Part shown: positions 18,217 through 25,320 of the stretch, in pieces
Layout of the letters: each line of letters starts with the position of its first letter
Position numbering within the stretch: position 1 is the stretch's first letter
DNA from: a virus
DNA length: 44,149 nt
Reading direction: 5' to 3' (one strand)
UHGV virus genome: UHGV-0110190
Notes under the pieces: model-generated
Databases searched by the model: none
The model's input: the letters and a program-made list of their open reading frames with translations, nothing else
Told to the model about the DNA's origin: nothing
Program-made: the position numbers and the translations under genes

Positions 18217-18286
18217 AACGATCATGAGTACTCGTACGCTAAAGGGCGAAACCTGCCCTCATACGGGCTGTGGGAGGCTCACAGCG

Positions 18287-18595
18287 CTATCCGAGCACGA
18301 TCGGCCACCTGTGTATTCTCCGTCCCGAACGGACTGCCGCGATAAGCTGCCTTTTGCTAATGTGGGCGAACCGCTCATTGCAGCACTGTGCCAAAAACTC
18401 GCGGACGTGCCGCAGTGTCGTGTTGCTGTGGTCCCATTGCTCGCGTAGCGTGATGGTGCGGGTAGCGCGATTCACAGTGCATACCCGCGTGTCGTAACTG
18501 TAAAGGTCGATGATATAGCTGTTGACCTGGTGAACACATGCCTTGCCGTAAAAACCCTTCTGATTGCTGTGCACTGCCTTAAGCTCCAGTAACAT
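18287..18595 (-). CDS. Conserved-looking phage early protein
   Basis: GGAGG SD; QKGFYGKA...LYSYDT...TTLRHVREF pattern that I recall from small phage early proteins (not verified). Confidence 0.65.
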   Translation of the reverse strand: MLLELKAVHSNQKGFYGKACVHQVNSYIIDLYSYDTRVCTVNRATRTITLREQWDHSNTTLRHVREFLAQCCNERFAHISKRQLIAAVRSGRRIHRWPIVLG

Positions 18596-18606
18596 GGTTA
18601 GCCTCC

Positions 18607-18879
18607 CTATAGCAGCTCGATAATAAATGTCGACAACCCCACGTCCTCCCCAATGAGGCACGTATAATTCTCACGCAACTCATCATCGGAGTACCACTCA
18701 TCGGCCGTCACGCTAACCACCGTGCTGCCGTATGCGTCGCACTGATCGCATATGCGCGCCGCAGCCTCGCAGTCGCACAGCCACTCACAGGCCCACTCAT
18801 ATGCCGCCTGTATTCTCGGATTCTCGTAGCGAGGACCAGCCTCGTCAACATCGATACCGGCATTCTCAAATTTATCCAT
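18607..18879 (-). CDS. Small acidic early protein
   Basis: 90 aa, D/E-rich with aromatic and Cys residues; AAGGGG SD. Confidence 0.6.
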   Translation of the reverse strand: MDKFENAGIDVDEAGPRYENPRIQAAYEWACEWLCDCEAAARICDQCDAYGSTVVSVTADEWYSDDELRENYTCLIGEDVGLSTFIIELL

Positions 18880-18893
18880 GATATTACCCCTTG

Positions 18894-19049
18894 CTAATCA
18901 AACCGTATGTGCTTGCCTTTAAGATTAAATTCAGCGCGGTAGCGTGATATGGCTTCGCGTCGGCTATAATACAAATACCTGCGATACGGAAAGTCTTCGA
19001 CTCGTATCGTGTACCACCCATTATCTTTCGTCACAACACCATACAACAT
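18894..19049 (-). CDS. 51-aa basic/aromatic early protein, not in the ORF track
   Basis: GGGGAGG SD; MLYGVVTKDNGWYTIRVEDFPYRRYLYYSRREAISRYRAEFNLKGKHIRFD*. Confidence 0.6.
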   Translation of the reverse strand: MLYGVVTKDNGWYTIRVEDFPYRRYLYYSRREAISRYRAEFNLKGKHIRFD

Positions 19050-19060
19050 GATAGCCTCCC

Positions 19061-19276
19061 CTAGTTTCGCCCGCAGACGCGCTTAATCACTGAAATATCA
19101 GTGTTCGCCGATTTGCAACATGGGGAACCGTACACCATTACCCCGTCGATCATGCACTTGTGAATGGGGTGGTAATTCCACCTACCGGCGTTATGATCGA
19201 GGTTGTTCCGATAATTGTCTTTGGTTGCCATTTCATGGCTCAATACTTCGATAAATGTGTCCATGTTGACTTTCAT
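19061..19276 (-). CDS. Hypothetical early protein (first gene of the leftward arm)
   Basis: 71-aa ORF preceded by a purine-rich SD-like sequence. Confidence 0.5.
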   Translation of the reverse strand: MKVNMDTFIEVLSHEMATKDNYRNNLDHNAGRWNYHPIHKCMIDGVMVYGSPCCKSANTDISVIKRVCGRN

Positions 19277-19421
19277 AGCCGCCTGCTTTCCTCGTGTATT
19301 CTTTACTTTTAAGCGCTGATGCTATGATACACCACCTTACCCCCACTTTTCCCTATCTTCACAATTCCCACATAAGTCACGGGCACTATCCCTTTTATCA
19401 GGCTTTATGGAGAAAAATGCA

Positions 19422-19486
19422 TGGTACCCCTTCTGTGGTACCCCTTCGGTGGTACCCCTTCGGTGGTACCCCATGGGGTATACCCC
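19422..19486. repeat. 14-bp tandem repeat TGGTACCCCTTC(T/G)G x~3.6 followed by overlapping palindromes
   Basis: Units at 19422, 19436, 19450 and 19464 (partial); palindromes TACCCCATGGGGTA (19467-19480) and GGGGTATACCCC (19475-19486). Confidence 0.9.
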
Positions 19487-19780
19487 CTATAGAGCAGCGC
19501 CCCTATATATGGGCATATACGATCGTTAAGTGTGTATGATATCTATATAGCTTTGCGCCTCGAAAGTATTTTTGAATTTGTTTTTATTGCAATTCGCAAA
19601 GAAATATGGTGCACGCCAGGCCTCCATCATTTTGTTTTTTTTTTATGAAAATTGGAAAAAATAATTGACATTTGCGATATGATACCCCGATTTGGGTTGG
19701 TGGACGGGTACCCGCCCCCTATTGCCTCGCCGAAGGCGGGGCGCCGCATATCAAAGCCGCGATCACTCCAAGTATAAAAC

Positions 19781-19845
19781 GAATCCCCTTTAAATCCCTT
19801 TAAATCCCCTTAACTCCTCCCTTGAATCCCCTCAATGTCCCTCAA
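19781..19845 (+). repeat. ~10-bp-period degenerate tandem repeat (TAAATCCCCT-like)
   Basis: GAATCCCCTT TAAATCCCTT TAAATCCCCT TAACTCCTCC, then further decayed copies. Confidence 0.75.
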
Positions 19846-19917
19846 CCCTACCCCCCTTCGCGCATGCTATTGACCCACCCCCTCGAATTCAAGCTAAAAT
19901 CGGCGGGAAAAATTCCC

Positions 19918-19946
19918 TTGAAAACGCACCTCCTGTGGTCTATAAT
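19918..19946 (+). promoter_or_regulatory. Sigma70/sigmaA-type promoter for the PAPS-reductase-family gene
   Basis: TTGAAA-17 bp-TATAAT. Confidence 0.75.
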
Positions 19947-19992
19947 GACGGTGCACGATGAAAATCGCTCATCAACTAGAAAGGTGCATCAT

Positions 19993-20913
19993 ATGCTGAC
20001 CCAACATAATTTGGAAGCTAGGCAAAATCTACCATTAGAACAAAAAATCGTATTATCGCAATTCAGAATCAAAGATTGGTATGATCATTTCAAAGGTGAC
20101 GTTTACGTGTCATTTTCAGGTGGTAAAGATTCTACTGTATTGTTAGACCTTGTGCGTAATACGCCAGGTGTATATGATGTTCCAGCCGTGTTTTGCGACA
20201 CTGGATTGGAATATCCGGAAATCAGAGAATTTGCGAGACTGAACGCAGATGTTGTTTTACGGCCGAAACTGACATTTAAGGAAGTTATAGAAAAATATGG
20301 TTTTCCTGTGATAAGTAAAGAACAAGCACAATACATACGTCAATACACTACTACAAAAAGCGACAAACTTAAAAATTTGAGATTTAACGGAGGCGAGAAA
20401 GGTAACTTTTGTATAAGTAAAAAATGGAGATATTTAATCGACGCTCCGTTCAAAGTGTCAGAACAATGTTGTGATGTTATGAAAAAAAGACCTTTCAAAG
20501 CTTACGAAAAACTTAGTGGACGAAAACCAATGACCGGTGTAATGGCGTGTGAATCAAATCTGAGAAAACAACAATATCAAAAGAATGGTTGTAACTCCTT
20601 TGATGCTAATAATCCTAAATCATCACCCATGGGTTTCTGGACAGAACAAGATGTACTCAATTATATGAAAATAAACGAATTGGAGTATGCTAGTGTTTAC
20701 GGTGAGATAATACCAGACCCAAATGTAGAAAACGCTCTGACAACAAGTGGTTGTAAACGAACCGGGTGTATGTTTTGTATGTTTGGGGTTCATCTTGAGC
20801 ACGAACCTAATAGATTTCAACTAATGAAAGAAACGCACCCTAAACAATACTCATATTGTATGAAAAATCTTGGATTGGCAGAAGTACTAGACTATATTGG
20901 TGTGCCGTACTAA
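19993..20913 (+). CDS. Phosphoadenosine phosphosulfate (PAPS) reductase-family protein (PP-loop, Fe-S cluster motif)
   Basis: VSFSGGKDS, DTGLEYPE, CCDVMKK and RTGCMFC motifs; real start likely ATG 19993 after AAAGGTG; markedly AT-rich. Confidence 0.88.
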   Translation: MLTQHNLEARQNLPLEQKIVLSQFRIKDWYDHFKGDVYVSFSGGKDSTVLLDLVRNTPGVYDVPAVFCDTGLEYPEIREFARLNADVVLRPKLTFKEVIEKYGFPVISKEQAQYIRQYTTTKSDKLKNLRFNGGEKGNFCISKKWRYLIDAPFKVSEQCCDVMKKRPFKAYEKLSGRKPMTGVMACESNLRKQQYQKNGCNSFDANNPKSSPMGFWTEQDVLNYMKINELEYASVYGEIIPDPNVENALTTSGCKRTGCMFCMFGVHLEHEPNRFQLMKETHPKQYSYCMKNLGLAEVLDYIGVPY

Positions 20914-20976
20914 GCGTGGTTGTGTTATACTAACCGTGTCAGACAATTCCAAAGGAGGCGCGAAGGCGGTGGACGA

Positions 20977-21120
20977 ATGAGCGTTAAAATGAAAATATTA
21001 GTAGCTTGCGAAGAAAGTCAAGTTGTAACTGAAAATCTTCGAAAACTTGGCCATGAAGCGTATTCATGCGATCTGTTAGACTGTTCAGGTGGTCATCCCG
21101 AATGGCATATACGTGGACGA
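20977..21120 (+). pseudogene. N-terminal fragment of a phage DNA cytosine methyltransferase
   Basis: MKILVACEESQVV...GHEAYSCDL..CSGGHPEWHI matches the N-terminus of a common phage C5-MTase-like family; no catalytic PPC motif follows. Confidence 0.7.
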
Positions 21121-21199
21121 TATGGCCTATCTTCACGAGGATGGCGACCCCGGAGAGGGAGAAGAGGAGGCCGAGGACGCTTGAAGAGCGGATGGGGCG

Positions 21200-21228
21200 T
21201 TGACAGGTCGGGGAGGGTATGGTATAAT
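21200..21228 (+). promoter_or_regulatory. Perfect consensus promoter with extended -10, upstream of terS
   Basis: TTGACA (21200-21205)-17 bp-TATAAT (21223-21228), with TG at the extended -10 position. Confidence 0.9.
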
Positions 21229-21265
21229 AGGGGACGTTCCGTGGTGATACCAGCCGTGTGATACA

Positions 21266-21328
21266 CCTCCTTCTGGCGCGGGGAGATTCGAGCGCGAGTT
21301 CGGGTCTCCTCGATCACTTTTCAGGAGG
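21266..21328 (+). promoter_or_regulatory. Structured 5' leader: anti-SD CCTCCT + 15-bp GNRA hairpin + SD AGGAGG
   Basis: CCTCCT at 21266-21271; stem 21279-21293/21298-21312 with GCGA loop; AGGAGG at 21323-21328. Confidence 0.6.
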
Positions 21329-21331
21329 GAT

Positions 21332-22024
21332 ATGATAAGATACGAACCTGCTCGCATGAGCGGGCCAACCAAGAAGAGAGCCAAGGACGAGGTGGTGAGC
21401 GCTATCGGGAATTCTACGGAGACGGACGGCCTGGTGCGCAACGATGCCGCCAAGACCGTCAAGCACCTGCTCGGCGAGAAGGCCGCTAGGATGTTCGGGG
21501 ACACGCTGGAAGACTTGCGAGCCAACCCGCAGCAGTTCAGCATGGTGTTCAAGGACAAGGGGCTGAGGATGAAGGCGCTCGGCGCCATCAGCGAGAAGGC
21601 TCGGGTGACCGACTTTCCCACGGAGGCCGCGACCGTCTACGAGGAGTTCTCGCAGTACATGGAGTATTGCGAGACGTTCTTCATACCACCGAGCTTGGGT
21701 ATGTTCGCCGTCTGGTGCGGCACGAACATCGACGATTTCAACAAGCACATGAAAGCGTATCACACATCGAGGCCCGACGTAGCGTCGGCGCTGGAGGTGT
21801 GCAAGGAGACTCTGCGCGGGTTTCTGGAAAGCAAGGCGGTGGACGGGGACATTGCGCCCGCCGTGTACCTGCACCAGAACAAGGCGTATTTCGACGCTGT
21901 GGAAACGTCCACGGTGCGTCATGAATCGGTATCGGATCAGCATGTGCGCGACTCTGCGGCCATCGCGGAGGTCATCGACCTGATACCGGAGGAGATCAAA
22001 CGGAGGGCAACGTCGGGTGAATGA
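21332..22024 (+). CDS. Putative terminase small subunit (P22 gp3-like DNA-packaging protein)
   Basis: YMEYC...PPSLGMFAVWCG...K..L...LE....G.I.P..Y....K..F pattern; no other terS candidate near terL. Confidence 0.6.
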   Translation: MIRYEPARMSGPTKKRAKDEVVSAIGNSTETDGLVRNDAAKTVKHLLGEKAARMFGDTLEDLRANPQQFSMVFKDKGLRMKALGAISEKARVTDFPTEAATVYEEFSQYMEYCETFFIPPSLGMFAVWCGTNIDDFNKHMKAYHTSRPDVASALEVCKETLRGFLESKAVDGDIAPAVYLHQNKAYFDAVETSTVRHESVSDQHVRDSAAIAEVIDLIPEEIKRRATSGE

Positions 22025-22226
22025 GGCGCTTGCCGTGCTGTTTTGGAGCAGTGACAAACTGCCCTGACGCTGGGGCGTATAATACAGCGTGGATGGGGTT
22101 GGTGGGAGTTTAATCGAGTCGATCTGCCGTGTGCAGAAACGATACCGGTCACAGGCTTGCGGGGGCGGCCTGTCCTGAGGGCGTGATATATCCGCTGACC
22201 GCCGCATGTGAAAGCCCTCCGGATAT

Positions 22227-22300
22227 TTTCCGGTAGTTCAACGGTAGAACATCGGGTTTTGGCCCCGACGATGAGTGTTCGATTCGCTCCCGGAAAGCCA
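22227..22300 (+). tRNA. tRNA-Gln (anticodon UUG)
   Basis: Acceptor TTTCCGG/CCGGAAA, D arm GTTC/GAAC, anticodon stem TCGGG/CCCGA with loop TT-TTG-GC, T arm GAGTG-TTCGATT-CGCTC, discriminator G and encoded CCA. Confidence 0.92.
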
Positions 22301-22301
22301 T

Positions 22302-22386
22302 GCCGCTGTATGCTGCTATGGAGACAGCTCGGGCTGTAAACCCGCACTTTATAGATTTTTAGGTTCGATTCCTTTCAGCGGCACCA
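22302..22386 (+). tRNA. Atypical tRNA-Tyr (anticodon GUA)
   Basis: Acceptor GCCGCTG/CAGCGGC with A73-CCA; loop CT-GTA-AA; long variable region; TTCGATT T-loop. T-stem has only 3 bp and the anticodon stem 4 bp. Confidence 0.75.
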
Positions 22387-22398
22387 TTGAAAATTTCT

Positions 22399-22429
22399 TA
22401 CCCCTGTGGCTTACCATGGGGGTATTTTT
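22399..22429 (+). terminator. Intrinsic terminator after the tRNA pair, overlapping the thyX promoter
   Basis: TACCCCTGTGG-CTTA-CCATGGGGGTA followed by TTTTT. Confidence 0.75.
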
Positions 22430-22439
22430 ATGCTATAAT
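22411..22439 (+). promoter_or_regulatory. Extended -10 promoter for thyX
   Basis: TTACCA-17 bp-TATAAT with TG (TGCTATAAT). Confidence 0.6.
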
Positions 22440-22463
22440 GCAATTCATAAGGAAAGGAGAACT

Positions 22464-23066
22464 ATGAACATCGACGTAATGGATTCGACCCCGAACCCTA
22501 TCGACCTGATCTCCATGGCGATGGGCACGTGCTATGCGAAGGACAACGCAAGCGAGCTGCGCGTGAAACGCGCGTACGAGGCCAACCACATGAGCGTGTT
22601 CGAGCACGCCAAGTTCACGGTGAGGATCAGCGGGGTGTCGAGGGCGCTCACACATCAGCTGGTGCGCCACCGCATGGCCAGCTATTGCCAGGAATCGCAG
22701 CGCTACGTGAAGTTGGACACCGAGGGTGACGCTTGGTACGTCATCCCCGACACCATACGCCTGACCGGCCAGCTGGAGCAGTATGTGGGTACCATGCGGG
22801 CTTGCGGGGAGGAGTACCGCAAGATGCTCGAAGACGGCGTTCCCGCCGAGGATGCGCGCTACGTCCTGCCGAACTCGTGCAAGACCACCATCGTCATGAC
22901 GATGAACCTCCGGGAGTTCTTCGCGTTTCTGGCGCTCAGGCAGGATTCCCATGCGCAATGGGAGATTCGAGCGCTGGCCGATGCAATCGAGGAGACGCTG
23001 CGCGGCTTCGACATGCAATGGGCGTGGCTGCTCGATCTGAGGAAAACAGCCGGTGGTAGGCGTTGA
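22464..23066 (+). CDS. thyX: Flavin-dependent thymidylate synthase
   Basis: HMSVFEH, RHRMASYCQESQRY (ThyX motif), EDARYVLP and HAQWEIR; start after AAAGGAG. Confidence 0.95.
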   Translation: MNIDVMDSTPNPIDLISMAMGTCYAKDNASELRVKRAYEANHMSVFEHAKFTVRISGVSRALTHQLVRHRMASYCQESQRYVKLDTEGDAWYVIPDTIRLTGQLEQYVGTMRACGEEYRKMLEDGVPAEDARYVLPNSCKTTIVMTMNLREFFAFLALRQDSHAQWEIRALADAIEETLRGFDMQWAWLLDLRKTAGGRR

Positions 23067-23091
23067 CGTTGGTTACTGGATATGGTATAAT
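23063..23091 (+). promoter_or_regulatory. Consensus promoter for the nrdD operon
   Basis: TTGACG-17 bp-TATAAT; shares GGCGTTGAC and TATGGTATAAT with the terS promoter. Confidence 0.85.
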
Positions 23092-23100
23092 GTGAACAGT

Positions 23101-23170
23101 CCTCCTTTTCTCAGGAAACAAGTGCTCCGCGGCGTATACGTTGTGGGGCACTTGCTGTCTGAGCTAGGAG
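23101..23170 (+). promoter_or_regulatory. Structured 5' leader: anti-SD CCTCCT + long hairpin + SD AGGAG
   Basis: CCTCCT at 23101-23106; CTCAG/CTGAG outer stem; 16-bp stem CAAGTGCTCCGCGGCG-TATA-CGTTGTGGGGCACTTG; AGGAG at 23166-23170. Confidence 0.6.
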
Positions 23171-23179
23171 AACGTACAA

Positions 23180-25024
23180 ATGTCTGGAAGGAGGAACATG
23201 CACGATATTGACGATGTATACGAGATTTTGGACACTGCCACGTTCGCACAGTCCGAGGAGTCGGACATGAAGAGATCGAACGCGAACGTCAACACAGACA
23301 GCCCTATGGGGGCTATGCTGACGTACGGCTCTGAGGTCGCCCGCCTGTGGGTCGATGACACAGTGCTCCCGCAGTACGTGAAAGAGGCTGTGGACGATAA
23401 CATCATATACATACATGATAAAGACTTTTACGGGTTGACCATGACGTGCTGCCAGATCGACCTGAGCCAGCTGTTCGAGCACGGCTTCAACACGGGACAC
23501 GGGCACATCAGGCCTCCCAAGTCGATAGGCACGGCGGCTGCTTTGGCTTGCATCGCCATACAGTCCAACCAGAACGACATGTTCGGCGGTCAGTCTGTTC
23601 CGGCGTTCGATTATTATCTGGCACCGTACGTGAAGATGACCTACGAGAAGAACGTGGCTGAGCTTAACCGCTTGGTGTCAGCGTTCGGAGGCAAGCCCGA
23701 CCAGTATTCGCGGGTACCCGAGTTCGCGTGGAACAAGACCGTGGAGCAGACAGACCAGGCCATGGAGGCGCTGGTCCACAACCTGAACACCATGCATTCA
23801 CGCGCTGGGGCACAGGTGCCGTTCTCCACCTTGAACTACGGCACGGACACGTCGAGGTGGGGACGGCAGGTCATACACAGTTTGCTCAAAGCCACGCATC
23901 AGGGTATGGGAAACGGGGAAACGCCTATCTTCCCGGTTCAAATCTTCAAGATCAAGGAAGGTGTGAACTACAACCCCGAGGACCCGAACTACGACCTGTT
24001 CCAACTGGCTATGCGAGTGAGCGCCGAGCGCTTGTTCCCGAACTTCTCGTTCATGGACTCGCCGTACAACGCGCAGTATCTCAAACGAGACGAGGACGGG
24101 CACATCGACCCGGACACCGAGGTGGCCTACATGGGGTGCCGTACGCGCGTCATGGCCAACGTCAACGGGCCTGAGACCACGAGCGGAAGGGGCAACCTCA
24201 GCTTCACCTCCGTGAACTTGGTGCGTTGCGCGCTCGAAAGCAAGGGATCGTTTGACATTTTCTTGAAGAACGTGTATGATGCTTGCACGATTGCACGCGA
24301 TCAGCTGTTGCACCGATTCGAGATTCAGAAGCACAGGCACGTTTACAACTATCCGTTCTTGATGGGGAACGGGGTGTACCTTGACTCGGGTGACCTTGAA
24401 TGGGATGACGAAATCGAAAGCGCTCTCGTGCATGGAACGCTCTCAATCGGATTCATCGGACTCGCCGAGGCGATGTTCTGCATCTTCGGACAGCATCACG
24501 GAGAGTCTGATGCAGTGTGGAAGCACGCTTTCGACACAGTTAGATTTATGCGCGACTTCTGCGATCGAGAATCTGAGGAACATAGACTTAATTTCTCTTT
24601 GCTTGCAACGCCAGCTGAGGGGTTAAGTGGTAAATTCGTTGGGAAGGATAAGGAAAAGTTCGGTGAGATTCCAGGTGTCACGGACAAAGACTACTACACC
24701 AATTCCTTCCATGTCCCCGTTTATTACAACATCGGAGTTGCCGAGAAGATTGAGAAGGAAGCACCGTTTCATTCCCTATGCAACGCCGGACATATTACGT
24801 ATGTTGAGCTGGATGGAGACACAACGAGCAACCTCTCAGCGTTCGAGACGATTGTTCGGCACATGCATGATTGCGGCATTGGGTATGGTGCTATCAATCA
24901 TCCTGTGGATCGCGATCCGATTTGCGGTTATCGGGGTGTGATTTACGATACGTGCCCGTGTTGCGGGCGTAAAGAGTTCGAAGCAGTGCCAATGGAAAAA
25001 AGGAGCGATATATGCTTGAAATGA
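23180..25024 (+). CDS. nrdD: Anaerobic (class III) ribonucleoside-triphosphate reductase catalytic chain, lacking the ATP cone and the C-terminal glycyl-radical motif
   Basis: IYIHD, TCCQI, QNDMFGGQS, YMGCRT, GRGNLSF, ATPAEGL, YYTNSFH and DPICG..CPCCG motifs; ends without RxxGY. Confidence 0.93.
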   Translation: MSGRRNMHDIDDVYEILDTATFAQSEESDMKRSNANVNTDSPMGAMLTYGSEVARLWVDDTVLPQYVKEAVDDNIIYIHDKDFYGLTMTCCQIDLSQLFEHGFNTGHGHIRPPKSIGTAAALACIAIQSNQNDMFGGQSVPAFDYYLAPYVKMTYEKNVAELNRLVSAFGGKPDQYSRVPEFAWNKTVEQTDQAMEALVHNLNTMHSRAGAQVPFSTLNYGTDTSRWGRQVIHSLLKATHQGMGNGETPIFPVQIFKIKEGVNYNPEDPNYDLFQLAMRVSAERLFPNFSFMDSPYNAQYLKRDEDGHIDPDTEVAYMGCRTRVMANVNGPETTSGRGNLSFTSVNLVRCALESKGSFDIFLKNVYDACTIARDQLLHRFEIQKHRHVYNYPFLMGNGVYLDSGDLEWDDEIESALVHGTLSIGFIGLAEAMFCIFGQHHGESDAVWKHAFDTVRFMRDFCDRESEEHRLNFSLLATPAEGLSGKFVGKDKEKFGEIPGVTDKDYYTNSFHVPVYYNIGVAEKIEKEAPFHSLCNAGHITYVELDGDTTSNLSAFETIVRHMHDCGIGYGAINHPVDRDPICGYRGVIYDTCPCCGRKEFEAVPMEKRSDICLK

Positions 25025-25320
25025 TCAACGGCAATATGAGCCTGACCGGTTTTCATCATGATGTGGATTCCGACAAGAAGACTACCACCTTCGACGGTCT
25101 GATCCATGCTGCCGATAACAACTCTATCGAGGTTCACGTAGAGCTGACGGCACGAAACACGCCCGGCGATGTTTCTCCTGTGCTCAAGTACGATAAGGCA
25201 GAGCCTATCGTGTTCGCCATGGTTCCTATGAGCGTTCAGCAGAAGCTCATGGAGGAGCAGCCGAAGCCGGAAGCCAAGGTAGAGCCTGAGGCTGTGAGTG
25301 CGGAGGTCATCGATGAGTAA
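25012..25320 (+). CDS. Unknown 102-aa acidic protein between the two nrdD parts
   Basis: AAGGAG SD inside the nrdD 3' end; overlaps both flanking nrdD ORFs. Confidence 0.7.
   Translation: MLEMINGNMSLTGFHHDVDSDKKTTTFDGLIHAADNNSIEVHVELTARNTPGDVSPVLKYDKAEPIVFAMVPMSVQQKLMEEQPKPEAKVEPEAVSAEVIDE

Noticed and set aside
17113..18270. ORFs called in the origin-like region (17113-17367, 17780-17986, 18011-18448)
   Set aside because: No SD, atypical composition, and most overlap iterons, repeats or a terminator; likely spurious.
19665..19683. TTGACA...TATGAT as a promoter
   Set aside because: The spacer is only 7 bp.
19822..19992. N-terminal extension of the PAPS-reductase ORF; similarly thyX from 22275 and the amidoligase from 15552
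   Set aside because: These extensions run through repeats, promoters, tRNAs or the upstream gene; SD-supported starts are 19993, 22464 and 15402.
22170..22226. Hammerhead or HDV-like (theta) ribozyme next to the tRNAs
   Set aside because: CTGAGGG...GAAA lacks the CUGANGA core and stem arrangement; no HDV-type nested pseudoknot found beside either tRNA.
25025..25312. Self-splicing intron, intein or ribosomal bypass joining the two nrdD parts (they are in the same frame)
   Set aside because: No group I/II intron core or homing endonuclease motif is visible. The intervening DNA is a normal SD-led ORF, and the glycyl peptide has its own SD, ATG and N-terminal extension. Not formally excluded without RT-PCR.
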